Of a stretch of DNA of 32,000 nucleotides, positions 25,363-32,000 are shown in pieces (position 1 is the stretch's first letter; every line of letters begins with the position of its first letter). The notes beneath the pieces are model-generated. The model saw only the letters and a list, made by a program, of their open reading frames with translations. It did not search any database and had not been told where the DNA came from. Source of the stretch: Klebsiella oxytoca NBRC 105695 (GTDB taxonomy: Bacteria > Pseudomonadota > Gammaproteobacteria > Enterobacterales > Enterobacteriaceae); contig NZ_BCZK01000021.1 of assembly GCF_001598695.1 (NCBI RefSeq), positions 1-32,000 on the forward strand. The letters are read 5' to 3'. Both the position numbers and the translations under genes were made by a program.

Positions 25363-26074
25363 ATTCACTGCGGTTGCTTTGATTAATGGCAAAGTATGCT
25401 TTTATATGAAATCGGTTTTATATTGATCTAAGTCAATAAATTGTGCCTTATTGTGCTCTTTTTCTCAAAAAAGGCTACGTGCGCTATTTAAGGTTATGCG
25501 CAAGTAGAATAACGCAAAAGCAAGCGATTAAGATGAAAAACCATCCATGTCAATAAATGGTTTCTACCATATTTAGTAGGTATTGATGTGTATCATTTAG
25601 TTCCAGATAATAGCTCTATTTAACGCACGATATAATTGATATTTATTTCTTTTGTAGGCCCGTAAAAACGGAAGGCCGGCGTTCAGGAAGGGGGCTTTGC
25701 CTGCGGAGGCTGCAAAAAAGAAATACGCTAAATGGATGAGCAATAATGCTTGCGATAAATCTTAATCCGCTATAATGAACGAAAAATCGACTAATCCTTT
25801 ACGCCTCGTTTGATAAAATAATTTATTTAAGCTCATGGGGTTAGCAGGCGTAAAATTAGCCGGAAATAGCAGACTCTGTTTCCTGGTAAATTGTCACTAC
25901 GGCAAGCATTAATAACTGTTCATAAGGCATCAGAGTGATAGGCGAGGCCATTGTGATGATGGGATTCAGGGCGCTGGCGGATTCTGCGCCATGGTGTCTG
26001 CGTTTGCACATTTATCAACAGCGGGACTTAGGTTATGCTGCAGGTTCTTGTTGTTTAAATGTTAAGGCAAAGGA

Positions 26075-26410
26075 ATGGGGCTGTTGATAAAAGCGCTGCT
26101 CGGCGCGCTGGTCGTCGTGTTGATCGGCGTACTTTCTAAAACGAAGAATTACTATATCGCCGGCTTGATTCCGCTCTTTCCCACTTTCGCCCTGATTGCG
26201 CACTATATCGTTGCCAGCGAGCGGGGGATCGAGGCGCTGCGAACCACCATCGTATTCGGAATGTGGTCGATCATTCCGTACTTTATCTATTTGCTTTCGC
26301 TATGGTATTTCACCGGCATCATGCGCCTGCCGTTTGCTCTGGCAGGCGCGGTGGTGTGCTGGAGCCTGTGCGCGTGGCTGTTGATTATCGGCTGGAGCCG
26401 TTTTCACTAG
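26075..26410 (+). CDS. ydgC: YdgC, GlpM-family inner membrane protein (111 aa)
   Basis: MGLLIKALLGALVVVLIGVLSKTKNYYIAGLIPLFPTFALIAHYIVASERGIEALR... is collinear with E. coli YdgC. Its 3' end overlaps the convergent folM by 4 nt. Confidence 0.92.
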   Translation: MGLLIKALLGALVVVLIGVLSKTKNYYIAGLIPLFPTFALIAHYIVASERGIEALRTTIVFGMWSIIPYFIYLLSLWYFTGIMRLPFALAGAVVCWSLCAWLLIIGWSRFH

Positions 26411-27132
26411 CGCAGATGTCGTCCGCCGTCGACGGCAAACGAGCGCCCGGTAACGTAGTGACTGCCGAAGAGATACTCGATCAGATCAATGATCTCTTTT
26501 TCACCCGGCGCGATTTTCATCAGCGATTTGTCGAGGGCCTGTTTGCGGTACTCCGCATCATCGCCTTCATTAAATAAAATCAGCGATGGGGCGATGGCAT
26601 TAACTTTGATTTCCGGCGCCAGCTTACGAGCGAACGAGCGGCTCATATTATCCATTGCCGCCTTGCTGGCCGCATAGGCAATATGCTTGTCGCTGCCGCG
26701 CTCCACGACGTAGTCGGTAATGTGAATAATATCGCTGGCGGCCTGTCCGTGACCGCGTAGCAGGCTCTCCAGCGCATGGTTGAGCAGGTAAGGGGCGTTG
26801 ACGTGAATTTGCATCATGCTGGCGAGCACCGTGGTTAACGGGATCCCCGGTTTTTCAGCCATCCAGCCGCTGGCGTTATGAATGACGGCGCGCAGGCCGG
26901 CGGCGGCCTGCGCTTTTACTTCTTCGGCGAACGCCAGAATGCTGTCGTCAGTGCTGAAATCCGCGTGCAGACAAACGGCACCCGCATTACGCAGTTCGTC
27001 GATGGCCGGATACCATGTGCGGTAGCTGATCATAACGGGCTGCTGCCGGGCCAGAAAATGGCGAGCCAGGGCGAGACCGATGCGACGGCCTCCACCGGTA
27101 ATCAGGATCGGGCGAGGCTGGATGTCAGCCAT
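26407..27132 (-). CDS. folM: FolM, dihydromonapterin/dihydrofolate reductase (SDR family, 241 aa)
   Basis: Rossmann motif ITGGGRRIGLALA and catalytic YAASKAA. It is collinear with E. coli FolM. Confidence 0.93.
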   Translation of the reverse strand: MADIQPRPILITGGGRRIGLALARHFLARQQPVMISYRTWYPAIDELRNAGAVCLHADFSTDDSILAFAEEVKAQAAAGLRAVIHNASGWMAEKPGIPLTTVLASMMQIHVNAPYLLNHALESLLRGHGQAASDIIHITDYVVERGSDKHIAYAASKAAMDNMSRSFARKLAPEIKVNAIAPSLILFNEGDDAEYRKQALDKSLMKIAPGEKEIIDLIEYLFGSHYVTGRSFAVDGGRHLR

Positions 27133-27168
27133 GGGTATCTCCTATGAGTTCAGCGGCAGGGTAACCGC

Positions 27169-28551
27169 TTACCCTACCAACATCCACGTTGCCGGTACGG
27201 CGGCAACCAGCAAAAAACCAATTAATGCCAGGTCACGGCGTTTAAGCGGGCGATCGTGCTGGTGTGTACGACGGGCATACAGGAACACCAGAAGACCCGG
27301 AGCGTAAAGTATCACTGACAACAATAAATGCACAGGGCCGGACGCATATAATAACCATAAGCCATAAATGCAGGCTCCGACGCCTACCGCCTTGTGCAGC
27401 GGGCGCCGGGCAATCTTCAGCAGAAATGCGCCGACCAGAAAATAAGGGACCAGAATCATCTCGGAGGCGATCGTCAGCAGCGTGTTGTAATCCGAGCCGG
27501 TCAGCCAAATCAATACCAGTGAAGCCTGCACGCTAATATTGGTGAGCCACAGCGAAGACGACGGCGCATTATTTTTGTTGGTGCGCGCGAATAGACGCGG
27601 AAAGGCTTTATGGGTTGCAGCCAGATAGGGGACTTCCGCCGCCATTATCGTCCAGCTCAGGTAAGCGCCGCAGACGGAGATAATCAGCCCGGCAGCGATC
27701 ACGATCTCGCCCCACGGGCCCATCATTTGCACCATCAGCCCGGCCATTGACGGATTGCGTATTTCCGCCAGCTCGCTCCGCGGTACGACGCCTAAAGAGA
27801 GAAGCGTCACCAGCAGGTAGACCGCCAGCGCGGAGAGTACCGCCAACAGCGTTGCGCGTCCGACATCCCGTTTATTACGCGCGCGAGCGGAAACCACGAC
27901 CGCGCCTTCCACGCCGATGAATACCCACAGGGTGATCAGCATGGTGTTTTTCACCTGCTCCCATACCGGTACGCCCAGCGCCAGACCGCTAAAATCAATC
28001 CGGAAGGTCTCCATGCGAAACGCAAAGGCGGCCAGCGCGACAAATGCGCCGAGCGGTAGCAGCTTGGCAAGCGTCGCGGCGAGATTGATACCCGCCGCCG
28101 TTTGGACGCCGCGCAGCACCAGGAAATGGACAATCCATAGCAGCGCGGATGCGCCGACGATAGCTTGCCAGGTGTTGCCATCGCCGAACAGGCGTAGCTC
28201 GGGAGTATCGGTAAAAAAGCTTAGCGCCGAGAACACGATAACCAGATAGGAAACATTCGCGATAACCGCGCACAGCCAGTAGCCCCAGGCGGAGCAGAAA
28301 CCAATCAGTTCACCGAAGCCTTCGCGGGCGTAGGTAAATATGCCGCCATCGAGGTCGGGGCGGATGCGGGTAAGCAGCAGCATAGCGAAGGCGAGGAACA
28401 GGATCCCCACGCCGGTAATGCCCCAGCCAATCAGCAGCGCGGAAGGACTGGCGACGGCCGCCATGTTTTGCGGCAGACTGAATACACCCGCGCCCAGCAT
28501 CGAGCTGAGTACCAGCGCGGTCAGGGCGCTAAGGCCCAGTTTCTTTTCCAT
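27169..28551 (-). CDS. ydgI: YdgI, APC-family putative arginine:ornithine antiporter (460 aa)
   Basis: MEKKLGLSALTALVLSSMLGAGVFSLPQNMAAVAS... is a 12-TM-type amino acid/polyamine transporter, collinear with E. coli YdgI. Confidence 0.92.
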   Translation of the reverse strand: MEKKLGLSALTALVLSSMLGAGVFSLPQNMAAVASPSALLIGWGITGVGILFLAFAMLLLTRIRPDLDGGIFTYAREGFGELIGFCSAWGYWLCAVIANVSYLVIVFSALSFFTDTPELRLFGDGNTWQAIVGASALLWIVHFLVLRGVQTAAGINLAATLAKLLPLGAFVALAAFAFRMETFRIDFSGLALGVPVWEQVKNTMLITLWVFIGVEGAVVVSARARNKRDVGRATLLAVLSALAVYLLVTLLSLGVVPRSELAEIRNPSMAGLMVQMMGPWGEIVIAAGLIISVCGAYLSWTIMAAEVPYLAATHKAFPRLFARTNKNNAPSSSLWLTNISVQASLVLIWLTGSDYNTLLTIASEMILVPYFLVGAFLLKIARRPLHKAVGVGACIYGLWLLYASGPVHLLLSVILYAPGLLVFLYARRTHQHDRPLKRRDLALIGFLLVAAVPATWMLVG

Positions 28552-28677
28552 GGCGTTCCCGAGGTGACAATCATCAATCTAAGAATATTTATTTGGCGGA
28601 ATCGCATAAAAATGGAGGATTACGCTAAGGCGCGGGATTTTACGGAGTGTTTTGTATGCATGCAATGGAGATAAATG

Positions 28678-28710
28678 AAAAAAAAAGAAAAGGCGACAGA
28701 TCGCCGCCTT
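28678..28710 (-). terminator. Rho-independent terminator after ydgH
   Basis: Minus strand: GGCGA-tctg-TCGCC (or the outer stem AAGGCG/CGCCTT), followed by UUUUCUUUUUUUUUC. Confidence 0.75.
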
Positions 28711-28730
28711 TTTGTTCAGTTCAGACGCCG

Positions 28731-29681
28731 TTATTTATACAGGTCGGCGCTGATAGTGATGTTGCCACCGCGCTCCTGCCACTGGCGTGTGATGTGATAG
28801 TACTTCGCGCCTTTCTTCGCGGCGCGCTTAGCCGTCTGGTAGGAGATTTCCGTCATGTTACCGAAATTACCGGTGAACTTGATGCTGTCATAAGGAACCA
28901 TCTGCGCGGCGGTAATTTTGTTCACTTCCTCAACTTTGGTGCCGTCCGGGAGCGTGACGGTGTAACGTCCACCTTTAGAGGATTGCGTTTCAAAGAAACG
29001 GCCTACGCCAGTGCCGGAACCGACCGCTGCGGTCGTCGCAACGCCCGGAATTTCCACTTTCTTAGCCGCTTCTCCGCCTTCTGCCAGCGCGGCGCGTCCG
29101 GCTTCTGAATCGGCCGGGATCGCATCCGGGCTTTGCAGAACGCGCTTTTTGGCATCCGCTTTGTAGATATAAGCGGTGATACGCTGGTTGCCGCCCTGGT
29201 TAGCATCAACCTGGCGCACGATAAAGAAAGAGGCGGCGCCCTTGGCCTTAGCCGCTTTAGTGATGGCGTCGTTGACTTCCGGCTGGCTGCGGTAGAAACC
29301 TTGCACGGTAACGGTATCGAACGGTTCCAGCTCAACGGCCTGGTCTTTCGGTAATTCCATCACGCCGTTGATAATGCGATTTTTAGGCGCGTCGGCCTCC
29401 GGGGCGTTTTCTTTATAAAAATCGGCCGTTACGCGCAGGTTGCCGCCGCTGCCAAAATCAGACGTGTCGACAACATAAAAGGAAGCTGCGCCTTCTTTGT
29501 CCGCTTTACGGGAAACTGCCTGCACGGCGTCGCCAATGGCGTTAAAACGACCGGTGACCACTACGCGATCGTAGGGCTTCAGCGCCGCCGCCTGCTCCGG
29601 GGTCAGTTCGGTCGCTGCGTGGGCAGACAACGCGGTTGTAGCCAGAAGAGCAGACGCCAGGAGTGAGTTCTTAAGCTTCAT
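28731..29681 (-). CDS. ydgH: YdgH, periplasmic protein with three tandem DUF1471 (YdgH/BhsA/McbA) domains (316 aa)
   Basis: The track ORF is over-extended. The ATG at 29681 has AAGGA upstream and gives a signal peptide, MKLKNSLLASALLATTALSAHA. Three internal repeats end in ...RVTADFYK, ...RITAYIYK and ...ITISADLYK. Confidence 0.92.
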   Translation of the reverse strand: MKLKNSLLASALLATTALSAHAATELTPEQAAALKPYDRVVVTGRFNAIGDAVQAVSRKADKEGAASFYVVDTSDFGSGGNLRVTADFYKENAPEADAPKNRIINGVMELPKDQAVELEPFDTVTVQGFYRSQPEVNDAITKAAKAKGAASFFIVRQVDANQGGNQRITAYIYKADAKKRVLQSPDAIPADSEAGRAALAEGGEAAKKVEIPGVATTAAVGSGTGVGRFFETQSSKGGRYTVTLPDGTKVEEVNKITAAQMVPYDSIKFTGNFGNMTEISYQTAKRAAKKGAKYYHITRQWQERGGNITISADLYK

Positions 29682-30008
29682 AAAAATAATCCTTTGCCTT
29701 GCGCAAACCATGTACTGGTGTTGTTGTTGACTGAAAACGTTTGATTATTGCATTTATCGTGAGTGACTGTCTGCGTCAATTTTCAGTTGTCGCTCTAAAC
29801 GTATAGTGCAGAAATATAACATTTTTCGATATGTTGAAAAAACAGCCGCTTGACCAGCAAAATCGATAATCAATATCACTTTCATAAGTTAACGTAATGT
29901 TAATACTATGATCCAGATGGCGATAAATGGTGAATTAACCCCTCATCCAGGCGAATTATCAGGTGCTGGCATGAAAATGAGGTAAATATTGCTGCCTGAC
30001 ACGGTTAG

Positions 30009-31733
<1,725 letters not shown>

Positions 31734-31740
31734 GGGGTAA

Positions 31741-32000
<260 letters not shown>

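Noticed and set aside
25598-25744. 48-codon TTG-initiated minus-strand ORF spanning the GC-rich patch (…AASAGKAPFLNAGLPFLRAYKRNKYQLYRALNRAIIWN)
   Set aside because: It has a non-ATG start without an SD. It could be debris of a former gene, but there is not enough evidence for a CDS call.
25080-26019. 10-bp inverted repeat GTTGATAAAT (25080-25089) / ATTTATCAAC (26010-26019) bracketing the ORF-free AT-rich core, suggestive of an invertible switch
   Set aside because: My rough estimate is that about one exact 10-mer inverted match is expected by chance among all position pairs in 1 kb of about 30% GC DNA. No recombinase gene is nearby, and the flanks extend the match only with a gap.
28585-28602. 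ARG-box-like sequence (AGAATATTTATTTG) upstream of the arginine/ornithine-antiporter-like ydgI
   Set aside because: It is a single imperfect box with about 3 core mismatches, and no properly spaced second box is present. ArgR operators normally occur as pairs.
29735-29750. LacI-family-like half-palindrome TGAAAACGTTTGAT upstream of ydgH, sharing the AAACGTTT core with the MalI operators
   Set aside because: It matches the MalI operator at only 11/16 positions, and its right half deviates from the LacI-family consensus. An 8-bp AT-rich palindrome core is easily found by chance in a 490-bp AT-rich spacer.

Overview
Enterobacterial chromosomal segment; the 60-nt lines I counted in the flanks are about 55% GC. 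By my recollection of the E. coli K-12 map, it is collinear with the terminus-proximal rsx...pnt region and inverted relative to it. Gene order: rsxC(partial)-rsxB-rsxA, ydgK, cnu, [GH1 glycosidase], blr, ydgJ, add, [MetQ/NlpA-like lipoprotein], [yedF-yedE, ydfZ], malY-malX / malI, ydgA, manA, fumA-fumC, tus with a TerB site, rstB-rstA, [about 1.6 kb AT-rich ORF-poor island with one orphan ORF], ydgC, folM, ydgI, ydgH, pntA-pntB(partial). Bracketed items are not at these positions in K-12 as I remember it, and uidRABC-hdhA are absent between ydgA and malI. Two edge genes are missing from the ORF track because they have no in-window stop: rsxC (1-1670, minus) and pntB (31744-32000, plus). About ten track ORFs are over-extended at the N-terminus, and I give corrected starts. 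I saw no rRNA, tRNA, CRISPR array, IS/transposase, integrase, phage gene or recognisable defence-type enzyme. I did not find a convincing multi-gene novel system. The best leads are: (1) the AT-rich island between rstA and ydgC, with an orphan 115-aa ORF, an SD-bearing 26-aa upstream ORF and a GATC-rich hairpin; (2) three poorly characterised putative selenium/sulfur families (ydfZ, yedE, yedF) lying side by side; (3) a structured leader in front of the orphan GH1 gene, with a perfect 29-bp palindrome and a 9-bp hairpin pairing the Shine-Dalgarno; (4) concordant TerB, Chi and KOPS polarity that fixes the replication direction through the window. All motif scans were done by eye and may be incomplete.
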